Shown one piece after another: positions 45,457-54,235 of a stretch of 64,000 nt of DNA. The notes below the pieces were generated by a model. The model worked only from the letters and a program-made list of their open reading frames with translations, searched no databases and was not told the DNA's origin. The stretch is from IMG/VR virus record IMGVR_UViG_3300043399_001190. One strand, 5' to 3'. The first letter of the stretch is position 1. Every line of letters begins with the position of its first letter. The position numbers were made by a program, and so were the translations under genes. This DNA is from a virus (Duplodnaviria; Heunggongvirae; Uroviricota; Caudoviricetes).

Positions 45457-45744
45457 TTGTGTCATAATAGCATTATTGAAACAACGAATGAAAGTAAAAG
45501 CATGAAAGTAGTACAATCGTATTCATCTAAAGAATGTAACGAATTTGATATTGTCGTCAATGATGTTAAAATTGCATATTATATTGAACATTTCAAAGAT
45601 GAAAATTGTAATGTTCTAGAAAAAACATTATATGAAATTTATTATGATTATAATGAAGAAGATGACGATTATACATCATCTTTTGCAACTGATGATTATA
45701 ATGAATTGCAAGACGTTATAGATTCAATTTACGAAAATCTGTAA
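45457..45744 (+). CDS. acidic hypothetical protein (real start may be MKVVQSY at 45502)
   Basis: ORF track. Confidence 0.4.
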   Translation: MCHNSIIETTNESKSMKVVQSYSSKECNEFDIVVNDVKIAYYIEHFKDENCNVLEKTLYEIYYDYNEEDDDYTSSFATDDYNELQDVIDSIYENL

Positions 45745-45834
45745 TACTTTAGTAATCCAGCACTGTGCTGGGTTAATACTTGTCGGTGGCGGTCGGTGTG
45801 TTATAATGGCATTTTCAACAATGAAAGGCACTGT

Positions 45835-45996
45835 ATGAAAACACTGTATGAAATTACAGTAAAACTAACGGTCTACGCTGAGAATGAGCAAGCCGCTTAT
45901 GATATTATTGAGAATGATATAGATTCTCTGGTGTCAGAGTCGGAACAATTGCAGAATTATGCAATTGATAATGTTGTCACGGTTGAAACGGAGTAA
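45835..45996 (+). CDS. small hypothetical protein
   Basis: track ORF 45796..45996 trimmed to MKTLYEIT after promoter TTGTCG..TTATAAT (45783-45812) and GAAAGG RBS. Confidence 0.4.
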   Translation: MKTLYEITVKLTVYAENEQAAYDIIENDIDSLVSESEQLQNYAIDNVVTVETE

Positions 45997-46000
45997 AAGT

Positions 46001-46177
46001 ATGTTCAAAATTGAATATGATATTGAGAATGAAGTTTATAACGTCACGGAATCTGGCGTTATCGTAGAGTCCTTTGCAACCCTCTGGGATGCTATGGATT
46101 ATCGCGCCTCTATGATCTGGGAGCGGGATATGGCTTTCAACGATTATGGATGTGAGTTCGATATTGAGGAATACTGA
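46001..46177 (+). CDS. small hypothetical protein
   Basis: track ORF 45959..46177 trimmed to MFKIEYD after GGAG. Confidence 0.4.
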   Translation: MFKIEYDIENEVYNVTESGVIVESFATLWDAMDYRASMIWERDMAFNDYGCEFDIEEY

Positions 46178-46398
46178 GTCTCGGTGGCGTTTTTTTCGAA
46201 ATAATATGCTGAATTTTCTGGAAATTCGCTGAGAATATGTCACTAAGTCCAGCACATTCCAGCACATTCTCTATATTAATCGCACAAAAACCATACACCG
46301 CGACAGGCTTAGCGATATCTGCGAGGCGTGCGATAATCGCGCATTTTTCCCATACTAAATACAATCTTTTTTGGAATTTACTCTCTCGGTGGTGTTTT

Positions 46399-46602
46399 AT
46401 GAACGAACGAATTAAAAAACTGGCTGAACAATCTGGATTCATTGGGCAAAGTATGAATCCTATTATTGGTACTAGCCAAGAAACGGCATTGAAAAATTTC
46501 GCTGAATTACTTATTCGGGAATGTATATGTCAATGTGATGACCTCAATAGTATGAAATACATTGCCGATCATTTTGGTATTCAAATTGAAGGTTTGGAAT
46601 AA
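46399..46602 (+). CDS. member 1 of paralogous small-protein family (MNERIKKLAEQSGF...)
   Basis: within track ORF 46237..46602; aligns with 47640..47876 and 51467..51769. Confidence 0.5.
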   Translation: MNERIKKLAEQSGFIGQSMNPIIGTSQETALKNFAELLIRECICQCDDLNSMKYIADHFGIQIEGLE

Positions 46603-46648
46603 GTCGGTCGGTGGTGTTTTTTTACTAAGTTTCTAACGGAGTTTTCTC

Positions 46649-46948
46649 ATGGCTAAATTGCTGATTTCCACCCAGGTTTATGAAAACTATGGCGATGCGA
46701 TTAAACCCTATTTCAAACCCAAGGGTGGTTCGGATTATGTGGTGAAAAACTTTAATCATAAGAGTTTCCTTGATACCACGGAGATTGTAATGGCTCTCCG
46801 TTCTCAGGTTGAATGTGATAATGATTATTACCATGAGTATATCGTGGATTGGATTATCGAGGAAGATGATTATCTCACACCCTTTGAACGGGATCAGTTG
46901 GAATTTGAAGGTGTGATTCGGTTTTCTCCCAAGGAACTTTTCATTTAA
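46649..46948 (+). CDS. hypothetical protein
   Basis: ORF track. Confidence 0.45.
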   Translation: MAKLLISTQVYENYGDAIKPYFKPKGGSDYVVKNFNHKSFLDTTEIVMALRSQVECDNDYYHEYIVDWIIEEDDYLTPFERDQLEFEGVIRFSPKELFI

Positions 46949-46949
46949 T

Positions 46950-47168
46950 ATGGAGGCTATTATGGACTACGGAATGTTCACTGATGCTGGCAATGCAATG
47001 ATCCACGGTATCGTTGTCACCTCTAAAATGGCAGGTCTTGATTGGGACCAAGTGCTTGAAATTCTGCATGACATTAGCACCCTTGATGGTGTTGAAGAAG
47101 CCACCGATACTGCGGTACGGGAATGTGTGTACGATGCACTTGGTTTTAAATCTGGCTTTTATTGCTGA
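46950..47168 (+). CDS. hypothetical protein
   Basis: ORF track. Confidence 0.4.
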   Translation: MEAIMDYGMFTDAGNAMIHGIVVTSKMAGLDWDQVLEILHDISTLDGVEEATDTAVRECVYDALGFKSGFYC

Positions 47169-47192
47169 ATTCAAATTAAAGGAGTCTTTAAT

Positions 47193-47465
47193 ATGTCAAC
47201 CCTCACCCAATACACCCTGGAAATCTATAAATCCGATAAACGCACCAAAGAAGGGCGCCGGCTGTATGCTGTCCAGGACTTTGCACATTGCACCCAAGAT
47301 TATATTAATATTGTGGCTGAAAGTAAACGCAAACTTGGTTTTATCGTTGAAATCCACGAAACCTATGTGATTCGTAAAAATGCATTGGATGGGCGTGAGT
47401 TTGAGGAACGGTATGATACACCATATTATGCATCCCCCCGTTCTGAAACATATTGGAGCACTTAA
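47193..47465 (+). CDS. hypothetical protein
   Basis: ORF track; AAGGAG RBS. Confidence 0.45.
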   Translation: MSTLTQYTLEIYKSDKRTKEGRRLYAVQDFAHCTQDYINIVAESKRKLGFIVEIHETYVIRKNALDGREFEERYDTPYYASPRSETYWST

Positions 47466-47466
47466 A

Positions 47467-47643
47467 ATGAATTTTCTAATTATAGCAGAAAAATATGCGG
47501 AAGCCCATGATGATGAAATGTGGTTCAAAAACCTATACACTGGCTTCCGTGAGTATAACGATGTAAACGATTCGGTTTGGAAAACCCTGTCTTATCTTTA
47601 TGGTAACCGAGTTGCCAATATGTTGTCGGAGTTTAAATTATGA
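47467..47643 (+). CDS. small hypothetical protein
   Basis: track ORF 47380..47643 trimmed to MNFLII. Confidence 0.4.
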   Translation: MNFLIIAEKYAEAHDDEMWFKNLYTGFREYNDVNDSVWKTLSYLYGNRVANMLSEFKL

Positions 47644-47876
47644 ACGAACGAATTAAAGAACTTGCTTTAAAGGCTGGACTAGGTGACCACTTATGGTTGG
47701 ACATTTCCGATTCAGAAGATGTTAAAGTAACAGAAAAGTTCGCCGAGTTATTGATTCGGGAATGTGTCACATCCATTGAAAAGACTATTGACACTAACTG
47801 CGATACCGACAGTGAAAAGATAGGGTGTGAATTTGCTATTACAGATTTGTTGAAACATTTTGGAATTGAAGAATGA
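47640..47876 (+). CDS. member 2 of paralogous small-protein family
   Basis: MNERIKELALKAG...FAELLIRECV...HFGIEE. Confidence 0.5.
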   Translation: MNERIKELALKAGLGDHLWLDISDSEDVKVTEKFAELLIRECVTSIEKTIDTNCDTDSEKIGCEFAITDLLKHFGIEE

Positions 47877-48154
47877 AAACACGTAATTTCCATGTATATT
47901 CTGATCCTGGGCACGGCTGGTGCAAGGTTCATAAGAAACTGTTGGTTAAACTTGGTATCGAAAATAAAATTACCACTTATAGCTATATGCGTGGTGATTA
48001 TGCTTATCTAGAGGAAGATTGTGATCTTTCTACTCTGATAAATGCACTGAAAGCAAATGGTTGTATGAATATTTCTTTTAAAGAATTTAACACTAACCGC
48101 ACCAGTAAAATTCGTGGTTATTCTCATTATTCGGTTAAAGTGAATAACCACTAA
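47873..48154 (+). CDS. hypothetical protein
   Basis: ORF track. Confidence 0.45.
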   Translation: MKTRNFHVYSDPGHGWCKVHKKLLVKLGIENKITTYSYMRGDYAYLEEDCDLSTLINALKANGCMNISFKEFNTNRTSKIRGYSHYSVKVNNH

Positions 48155-48309
48155 CCCTATTGCCATCCTCACCGGTTCTGGTATAATCCACGTCACACCA
48201 ACCAAGGAAACGACATGAATTCGATAAAATACCGTATCTATTATTTCAAGAGAATGGTACATTCTTTTAAAGCCGGATTCATTTTCCTTTGGTATGTTAT
48301 TCGGGGTAA

Positions 48310-48516
48310 TTGATTATGTTCTATAAATCCAATCTGGTCTATGTGGCTGAAGATTTTCGGCTGCCCATTGGTCCATTTATCGACTATTGCCAACATAATT
48401 TCTCGGAATATGTCTGGGAAGTATTTGATGGCGTAGTTTATTGCCATTCCAATGATGCTGGCTTTTTAGCCGGCGAATATCGTGAGTTTCTTGAAAAGGT
48501 GAGCCGTTATGTATGA
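48310..48516 (+). CDS. hypothetical protein
   Basis: ORF track. Confidence 0.4.
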   Translation: MIMFYKSNLVYVAEDFRLPIGPFIDYCQHNFSEYVWEVFDGVVYCHSNDAGFLAGEYREFLEKVSRYV

Positions 48517-48715
48517 AGAATATCAAATTCATGTGCATCACAATGATGCTTACTCTTACAAAGTAATTGTAAGTGAATCTATTTTTGAAGTTTCTTATTT
48601 TGAATACCATAATGAATCAAAAGAACCGCGACAAACCCTGAGTTTCGGTTCTATTCAGGAAATGGAGGCTGTGGCTAATGCTATGCTGAAAACCATTAAA
48701 ATGCTCAAAGGTTGA
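48509..48715 (+). CDS. hypothetical protein
   Basis: ORF track. Confidence 0.4.
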   Translation: MYEEYQIHVHHNDAYSYKVIVSESIFEVSYFEYHNESKEPRQTLSFGSIQEMEAVANAMLKTIKMLKG

Positions 48716-48718
48716 AGA

Positions 48719-48955
48719 ATGATTCATTTTGACTTTATTGTTTCTGATGCTGAAGCTGAAGATATATTCAACATTCTCAATAACCAAATTCACCGTAATC
48801 GTGAAGAAATGTGTGGTATTTCTGGCGGTTTGCTTGAAATTGCAGAACAAATGCAAAAAGAATATGATGAAGATAATCTGTCGGCTATGCAACGAATTGC
48901 ATTCCGTGTTTTTATGCGTGAAATGGGTAAACTGTTTGCGCCTGCTGTGAGTTAA
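48719..48955 (+). CDS. hypothetical protein
   Basis: ORF track. Confidence 0.4.
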   Translation: MIHFDFIVSDAEAEDIFNILNNQIHRNREEMCGISGGLLEIAEQMQKEYDEDNLSAMQRIAFRVFMREMGKLFAPAVS

Positions 48956-48959
48956 TGAT

Positions 48960-49205
48960 ATGATAAAAAATCGTTATGGCGATGAATATGAGTTTGTTCA
49001 CCTTGGTGAAAATATGTACACCATTAAAGGTGAACTAAACCATTGGCGCATGGGTGCTAAAGAAGGATGCACCGATTGGACCGACCTAGATTTTGTGGAT
49101 CCAAGTGGTGGTCCATTTATTCGTGTTGGTCATTATGAGATTGAAGGGCGTAAGGTGAAAAGTATCACCTCCTTTGGTTCTTCTTTTGTTTTTGAGGTGG
49201 AATAA
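48960..49205 (+). CDS. hypothetical protein
   Basis: ORF track. Confidence 0.4.
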   Translation: MIKNRYGDEYEFVHLGENMYTIKGELNHWRMGAKEGCTDWTDLDFVDPSGGPFIRVGHYEIEGRKVKSITSFGSSFVFEVE

Positions 49206-49381
49206 TGTTGCGAATGGTTTATATTTGGTTGGTTCTTTCAACTCTTATTTTCGGAGGAATCTATACTTGGCGAGAATTGAGTAACCGTGAAAAGTGGCAG
49301 TTGACAAAGATTGCCGCTTATGCTACAATCTGCTCTCTGTTGTCGGTTTTGATTCTTTCTTTTATTGTTGTTCTTTTCTGA
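49205..49381 (+). CDS. 58-aa two-TM peptide (MLRMVYIWLVLSTLIFGG...)
   Basis: not in track; ATG overlaps upstream stop (TAATG). Confidence 0.35.
   Translation: MLRMVYIWLVLSTLIFGGIYTWRELSNREKWQLTKIAAYATICSLLSVLILSFIVVLF
49301..49329 (+). promoter_or_regulatory. promoter TTGACA-17-TACAAT located inside the small TM gene, upstream of the SPFH gene
   Basis: ttgacaaagattgccgcttatgctacaat. Confidence 0.5.
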
Positions 49382-49388
49382 GGATTAT

Positions 49389-50183
49389 ATGAAACGTTTT
49401 GCTCTCTCTGCTCTTGTTGCTGCTTCGGTTCTTGCCACGGGTTGCACCCGAATTGAGACTGGTGAGGTTGGTGTCCGCGTTGGTTTTGACAAGCAGGTCA
49501 AACCTGGTGAACTCCTGCCTGGCTCTTTTAACCAGGTTCTGGTTGGTGACGTTCTGACGTTCCCCGTCAAGGACGTTAACGTGGTGCTGGAGAATATGAC
49601 GCCAGTGGCTAAGGACAATTCCACGATGGCTGACCTTGATGCCGTGGTTGTTTATAATATTAACCAAAATCAAGTTGCGGAACTTTATAGTTCCAAGAAT
49701 AAGAGTTTTCATGCTGAAAGCAAAGGTGATGTTTATCTGATGTACAATTACATTGTGCAAAATGCACGTAATGCAATTTACAAGGCTGCACGTAAATACG
49801 AAGCCCTTGATATGGCAGATAATCGTACTGAAATGGAAAACTTCATTAAAGATGAAATTATCCGTAATCTTGCCGAGGAGAAGCTTGACGGTAGTTTGAA
49901 TATTACTCAAGTTATGATTCGTAATGTAGTTCCCGCACCAAGTGTTGTAGCATCGGCCAATGAATTGGTGCGTTCTAAGAATGAACTGAAACAAAAAGAA
50001 GTTGAAGTTAAAACGGCTGAAGCTGAATCTCGGCGTATGGCTGCACTAGCCAATAACTCTGCTAGTTCTATTGCATTTATGAATGCACAGGCTGCACTGA
50101 ATATCTCCGAAGGTATTAAGAATGGTAAGGTACAAACGATTGTCGTTCCAAGTAATATGACCAGTCTGATGCTGCCGAAGTAA
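49389..50183 (+). CDS. SPFH/band-7 (HflC/prohibitin-like) lipoprotein
   Basis: MKRFALSALVAASVLATGC lipobox; SPFH-like core then coiled coil; GC-shifted codon use; track ORF 49365 trimmed. Confidence 0.6.
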   Translation: MKRFALSALVAASVLATGCTRIETGEVGVRVGFDKQVKPGELLPGSFNQVLVGDVLTFPVKDVNVVLENMTPVAKDNSTMADLDAVVVYNINQNQVAELYSSKNKSFHAESKGDVYLMYNYIVQNARNAIYKAARKYEALDMADNRTEMENFIKDEIIRNLAEEKLDGSLNITQVMIRNVVPAPSVVASANELVRSKNELKQKEVEVKTAEAESRRMAALANNSASSIAFMNAQAALNISEGIKNGKVQTIVVPSNMTSLMLPK

Positions 50184-50188
50184 TTATA

Positions 50189-50210
50189 GGGACCGAAAGG
50201 TCCCTTTTTT
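50189..50210 (+). terminator. rho-independent terminator GGGACC-GAAA-GGTCCC-TTTTTT
   Basis: read directly after SPFH stop. Confidence 0.85.
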
Positions 50211-50221
50211 GGAGTTTAATA

Positions 50222-50398
50222 ATGAATAAAGAACATTATTTTGTATATCTCGACAATCTCCGAGAATCTGGTGAAACCAATATGTTTGGTGCTGCACCAT
50301 ATCTTGCTGATGTTTTTGAATTAACAAAGCAAGAGGCTCATGATATTCTATTGCAATGGATGCAAACATTTGATGAGCGACACAAGACAAAACATTAA
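50222..50398 (+). CDS. 58-aa hypothetical protein (below track cutoff)
   Basis: ATG after terminator, MNKEHYFVYLDNLRESGE... Confidence 0.3.
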   Translation: MNKEHYFVYLDNLRESGETNMFGAAPYLADVFELTKQEAHDILLQWMQTFDERHKTKH

Positions 50399-50548
50399 TG
50401 AAAACACTGAGACATTGTTGGTGGGCTATTCGTTACGGTGAATGGCATTGTGGTTGGGAAATGTATAAAGATAAACCCAAGTTCGGCTTCTATCATTTTT
50501 ATTATGATGGTAATTGTGCAGGGTTTCATTTATATAAGTTTTGGTTAA

Positions 50549-51046
50549 GTGTACGATACTGATTGGAATAATATGACAGATAAACCTAAATGCTATCAAC
50601 TCATTGGTATACCTGGCTCAGGTAAATCTACATGGGCAGAAAAAATGGGGCAAGTTATGCATTATACCTCAATAGTTTCAACCGATATGTGGGTTGAAAT
50701 GGAGGCTGAGCGTGTTGGTAAAACATACACTGAAGTTTTCCAAGATTATATGCCCAAGGCTGTAGAATTGATGGCTAATCAGGTTGGCCTGTTGCGTGAT
50801 ATTAAGAGTAATATTATCTGGGATCAAACCTCCACGACCATTGCAAGTCGCAAAAAGAAATTCAATATGTTGCCCAATTATGAGCATATTGCTGTAGTGT
50901 TTAAAACACCATCTGAAGATGAATTGAAGAAACGATTGGCTTCACGACCAGGTAAAGAAATACCATGGGAAGTGGTGCAGAGTATGATTAACCGGTTTGA
51001 AGAACCAACTATTGAAGAGGGCTTCAAAGAGATTTGGAGAGTTTAA
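50549..51046 (+). CDS. polynucleotide 5'-kinase-like P-loop kinase (T4 Pnk kinase domain only, no phosphatase domain)
   Basis: LIGIPGSGKSTWAEK closely matches T4 PNK N-terminus TIGCPGSGKSTWAREF; 165 aa. Confidence 0.55.
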   Translation: MYDTDWNNMTDKPKCYQLIGIPGSGKSTWAEKMGQVMHYTSIVSTDMWVEMEAERVGKTYTEVFQDYMPKAVELMANQVGLLRDIKSNIIWDQTSTTIASRKKKFNMLPNYEHIAVVFKTPSEDELKKRLASRPGKEIPWEVVQSMINRFEEPTIEEGFKEIWRV

Positions 51047-51507
51047 GAATGAGAGATTATGAAAAATACCAGGCTTTTGAAAAAGAAATGCACGAAAAGT
51101 ATCCGAAAATCTTTTCGCAACCTTATGGTGGGTTTGCCATTGGTGAAGGCTGGTATCAAATTATCCGATCCTTGTGTGAGAATATCCAATCGAGAATTGA
51201 TTCGGTTGAATGTTATAGAAACCAATTGATTCTGCGGAATCCACATAATAACCCACTGCCCGAACCTATCGAACAGGTTGTGGTTGAACAAATTAAAGAA
51301 AAATTTGGTGGGCTACGGTTTTACTACCAAGGTGGTGATGAGAAAATCTCTGGCATGGTACATATGGCGGAATCGTGGGCGGAACATACTTGCGAAACTT
51401 GTGGTAGTGTAGGCTCAAACCGTAGCATTGGGGGTTGGTTGACAACTCTATGCGATACCCATTATAATGAACGACTTGAACAATTTAAGGAACGCAATCG
51501 TGCATGA
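51034..51507 (+). CDS. hypothetical protein with C-terminal Cys cluster (CETCG...C)
   Basis: ORF track. Confidence 0.4.
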   Translation: MESLRMRDYEKYQAFEKEMHEKYPKIFSQPYGGFAIGEGWYQIIRSLCENIQSRIDSVECYRNQLILRNPHNNPLPEPIEQVVVEQIKEKFGGLRFYYQGGDEKISGMVHMAESWAEHTCETCGSVGSNRSIGGWLTTLCDTHYNERLEQFKERNRA

Positions 51508-51769
51508 GAAAACCAAGAAACTAGCCGAAGAGTCTGGCTTTATATTTTGGGCAGATGAAGATTGGAAACCAGAAGGTGAAGTAATCGACTGGTCTTCCAA
51601 TTATGATAATGAATTGGAAAATCTAGTTGAATTGGTTGTGCAAGAATGCATATCACAAATTGCATTAGTTGGTATTTCCAATTTTGAAAATGATGACCAT
51701 GGTGATATTTCTTGGACCGTATCAAAGTGTATTGAAATGATTCAGAAAAAATTTGGAGTAAAAGAATGA
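51467..51769 (+). CDS. member 3 of paralogous small-protein family
   Basis: KTKKLAEESGF...LVELVVQECI...KKFGVKE. Confidence 0.45.
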   Translation: MNDLNNLRNAIVHEKTKKLAEESGFIFWADEDWKPEGEVIDWSSNYDNELENLVELVVQECISQIALVGISNFENDDHGDISWTVSKCIEMIQKKFGVKE

Positions 51770-52152
51770 CAGCTTGGAAAGTAACCCCACAAATTAAGAA
51801 ATCCATCATCGAATATAATCATATGTCGAAAGATGGTAACACATTCATTATTGAAACTGGTTGGCGAGGCGGTGAGTTTATTGTTTACACTGAAGATGAT
51901 AATCCACCTGATTTGAAACCTGGCGTTGATATTATGAATTGTGGTTATGAATCAGAAATGGTCGAAACATTTGATGGCTGTTGGGAAGAGCACCATTATG
52001 ATGATTGTGATGATGAGGCACAAGAATTTATTGAAAACTTTCTAGAAGAAGGTAATTCTTATTTTGATCTAGAAGAACACGGTTGGGTTTTCACCGATTG
52101 TGAATTTATTATCGACTGTGAAATGAATATTGAAAAGATGGAAAATGAATGA
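51766..52152 (+). CDS. acidic hypothetical protein
   Basis: ORF track. Confidence 0.4.
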   Translation: MTAWKVTPQIKKSIIEYNHMSKDGNTFIIETGWRGGEFIVYTEDDNPPDLKPGVDIMNCGYESEMVETFDGCWEEHHYDDCDDEAQEFIENFLEEGNSYFDLEEHGWVFTDCEFIIDCEMNIEKMENE

Positions 52153-52342
52153 TAATGATGAATTGATTTACCGCGCATGGCGTGACTCCGAATCGTATCA
52201 AATACCAGTGACCGAAGAAGGTCAAAAGTTGGCAGATATTCGTTACCGTGCATTTAAGAAAGGTTGGGCATATGCACAATTCTATGCAAAACATGGTGAC
52301 ATTTATATGAAAGATTATCTGGAATATGGTGAGGAAGAATAA
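52130..52342 (+). CDS. hypothetical protein
   Basis: ORF track. Confidence 0.4.
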   Translation: MKRWKMNDNDELIYRAWRDSESYQIPVTEEGQKLADIRYRAFKKGWAYAQFYAKHGDIYMKDYLEYGEEE

Positions 52343-52485
52343 TGGAAGTTTTAATCATAGCCATCTATAATCTATTTCTAGTTGGCGGTACCGCATATCT
52401 AGTGGCATTATATGACTGGAGCCCATGGTGGTTTATTCTCACATTTCTGCTATTAGCAAACACGAGGTCAAATAATGAACGATGA
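52342..52485 (+). CDS. 47-aa hydrophobic peptide
   Basis: TAATG overlap with upstream gene; below track cutoff. Confidence 0.25.
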   Translation: MEVLIIAIYNLFLVGGTAYLVALYDWSPWWFILTFLLLANTRSNNER

Positions 52486-52651
52486 AAAAAGTATTTTTCT
52501 TATTATGATTGCTCTACTAATGGCATTTATGTTGTTTTATTTCTTTGGAGTATATCGAGAAAATAAAAGAATCTATGATAATTGTTTGCTGAATAATGGT
52601 GAATTAGTTCATAATGAGGCAAAGAAAATTTGTTATGAGGTCATAAAATGA
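52475..52651 (+). CDS. 58-aa single-TM peptide
   Basis: GAGGT RBS; below track cutoff. Confidence 0.3.
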   Translation: MNDEKSIFLIMIALLMAFMLFYFFGVYRENKRIYDNCLLNNGELVHNEAKKICYEVIK

Positions 52652-52851
52652 GTGAAGAAGAATATGATGTTGTTACTGATGTGCTGACAAAACACAGAGA
52701 TAAACTACAAGAAATGACCAATGCAAATCTAAAGTCTGAATATATCGGTTGGAATATTATGGACGATATTCGTGAGAAACAAATCTATCAAATCAACCAA
52801 TGCCTCACAATGTGGAAAGAATGGAACAGAATTAATTTGGATGACGAATAG
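52648..52851 (+). CDS. hypothetical protein
   Basis: ORF track. Confidence 0.4.
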   Translation: MSEEEYDVVTDVLTKHRDKLQEMTNANLKSEYIGWNIMDDIREKQIYQINQCLTMWKEWNRINLDDE

Positions 52852-52853
52852 AA

Positions 52854-53063
52854 ATGAACGTATCAACAACTCAACTATATGAAGAAAATCTGAAGCTCAA
52901 AGAAGAACTAAAACAATATCAAAAAGATATTCAGGTTTTTATTCCCAAAGAACAATTTGATGCAGTATTGGTAAAAACTAATATCGAACTAATTCAACGT
53001 GTCAATCGTTTAATTGAACTGCTAGAATCTAAAGAAGATAGCATAACACAAATTAAATTATGA
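52854..53063 (+). CDS. hypothetical coiled-coil protein
   Basis: ORF track. Confidence 0.4.
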   Translation: MNVSTTQLYEENLKLKEELKQYQKDIQVFIPKEQFDAVLVKTNIELIQRVNRLIELLESKEDSITQIKL

Positions 53064-53290
53064 GATATTTCAGTTACAATGAATATGATCCTGAAAGCCC
53101 GAAGGCTGATGAAACCGGAGGATATGTTGTAACTTTATCCGAGGAAGATATTCGCAAGGAATACTGGCCATATTGGTACGGTAAAATGTGTGAGAAGTTT
53201 GACAAAAAAACCGTGGATCAAAATTATTCTTTTGAGGATTGTCTAGATGATTGGTGTGTAGTTCATTGGGCATGGGAAGTAAAAAGTTAG
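53060..53290 (+). CDS. hypothetical protein
   Basis: ORF track. Confidence 0.4.
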   Translation: MRYFSYNEYDPESPKADETGGYVVTLSEEDIRKEYWPYWYGKMCEKFDKKTVDQNYSFEDCLDDWCVVHWAWEVKS

Positions 53291-53598
53291 AACTTTCTAC
53301 TGACTTGCCATTTTCTCCAGAAGTGGTAGAATACGTACATCAAATTTTGAAAGGAAGAAAAATGCCTTATGTGACCGTCGATGTGGATGTTGATTATTAT
53401 GAAGTTCTGGATCAAATGAATGACGATGATCTTATTGATGAATTGAAACGTCGAGGTGTGGATTATAACACCAAGTATGTTGGCGGTGATGCAATGCGTG
53501 AATTGCTGGAAACTATTTGGCTCAATCGCCGTAACGGTAAACCGTTTGATGCTGAACTTGATAAACTCATTTATGGTGTTCTTGGTAAGGTGATTTAA
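53272..53598 (+). CDS. hypothetical protein
   Basis: track ORF 53251..53598 (start uncertain). Confidence 0.35.
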   Translation: MGSKKLELSTDLPFSPEVVEYVHQILKGRKMPYVTVDVDVDYYEVLDQMNDDDLIDELKRRGVDYNTKYVGGDAMRELLETIWLNRRNGKPFDAELDKLIYGVLGKVI

Positions 53599-53599
53599 A

Positions 53600-53827
53600 A
53601 TGAAACGATTCGGTCAAAATCAAAAGTTTCGCATTGTAATTAACGAGGTGCATTTCTATACTAACGCCAAAACTATTCGTGATGGTGTTGGTGATAATAT
53701 GTTTGTGAATATGTCAATTCAAAAAGCACTCGAAGCACTTGAAGCATATCGTGCCGCAAACAAAATTAAAACTGTTGGTCTTGCCGGTTTCTGGGAAGGT
53801 CGTAATGTTCAAATTGATATTATTTAA
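53600..53827 (+). CDS. hypothetical protein
   Basis: ORF track. Confidence 0.4.
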   Translation: MKRFGQNQKFRIVINEVHFYTNAKTIRDGVGDNMFVNMSIQKALEALEAYRAANKIKTVGLAGFWEGRNVQIDII

Positions 53828-53836
53828 GGAATTAAA

Positions 53837-54235
53837 ATGGGAACTCGCTCACTCACTCTGGTTTATGATGAAGCCCGGCAGCCTATTATCAATATGTACG
53901 CGCAATGGGACGGTTATCCGTCTGGGCATGGTTTAGAATTGGCAGAATTTTTGAATTCTATCGAAGCCGTTACAAACGGTATTCTTGTCGGTGAAAAACG
54001 CAAAACTGCAAATGGTATGGGCTGTCTTGCGGCTCAAATGGTTGCACATTTCAAAACCGATGTTGGTTCTTTTTATTTGTATCCTGTTACTGCAAAAGAT
54101 TGTGGGCAAGAATATGAATATCACATTTATCATGACCGTGTAACCATTCGTTTTGGTAATGGAGAACAATTTTTCACAGGCCCTTGGTCAGAGTTTCTAA
54201 ATTTCTGTAAAAATCCTGTAGTAACTGAAGAATGA
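53837..54235 (+). CDS. hypothetical protein
   Basis: ORF track. Confidence 0.45.
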   Translation: MGTRSLTLVYDEARQPIINMYAQWDGYPSGHGLELAEFLNSIEAVTNGILVGEKRKTANGMGCLAAQMVAHFKTDVGSFYLYPVTAKDCGQEYEYHIYHDRVTIRFGNGEQFFTGPWSEFLNFCKNPVVTEE

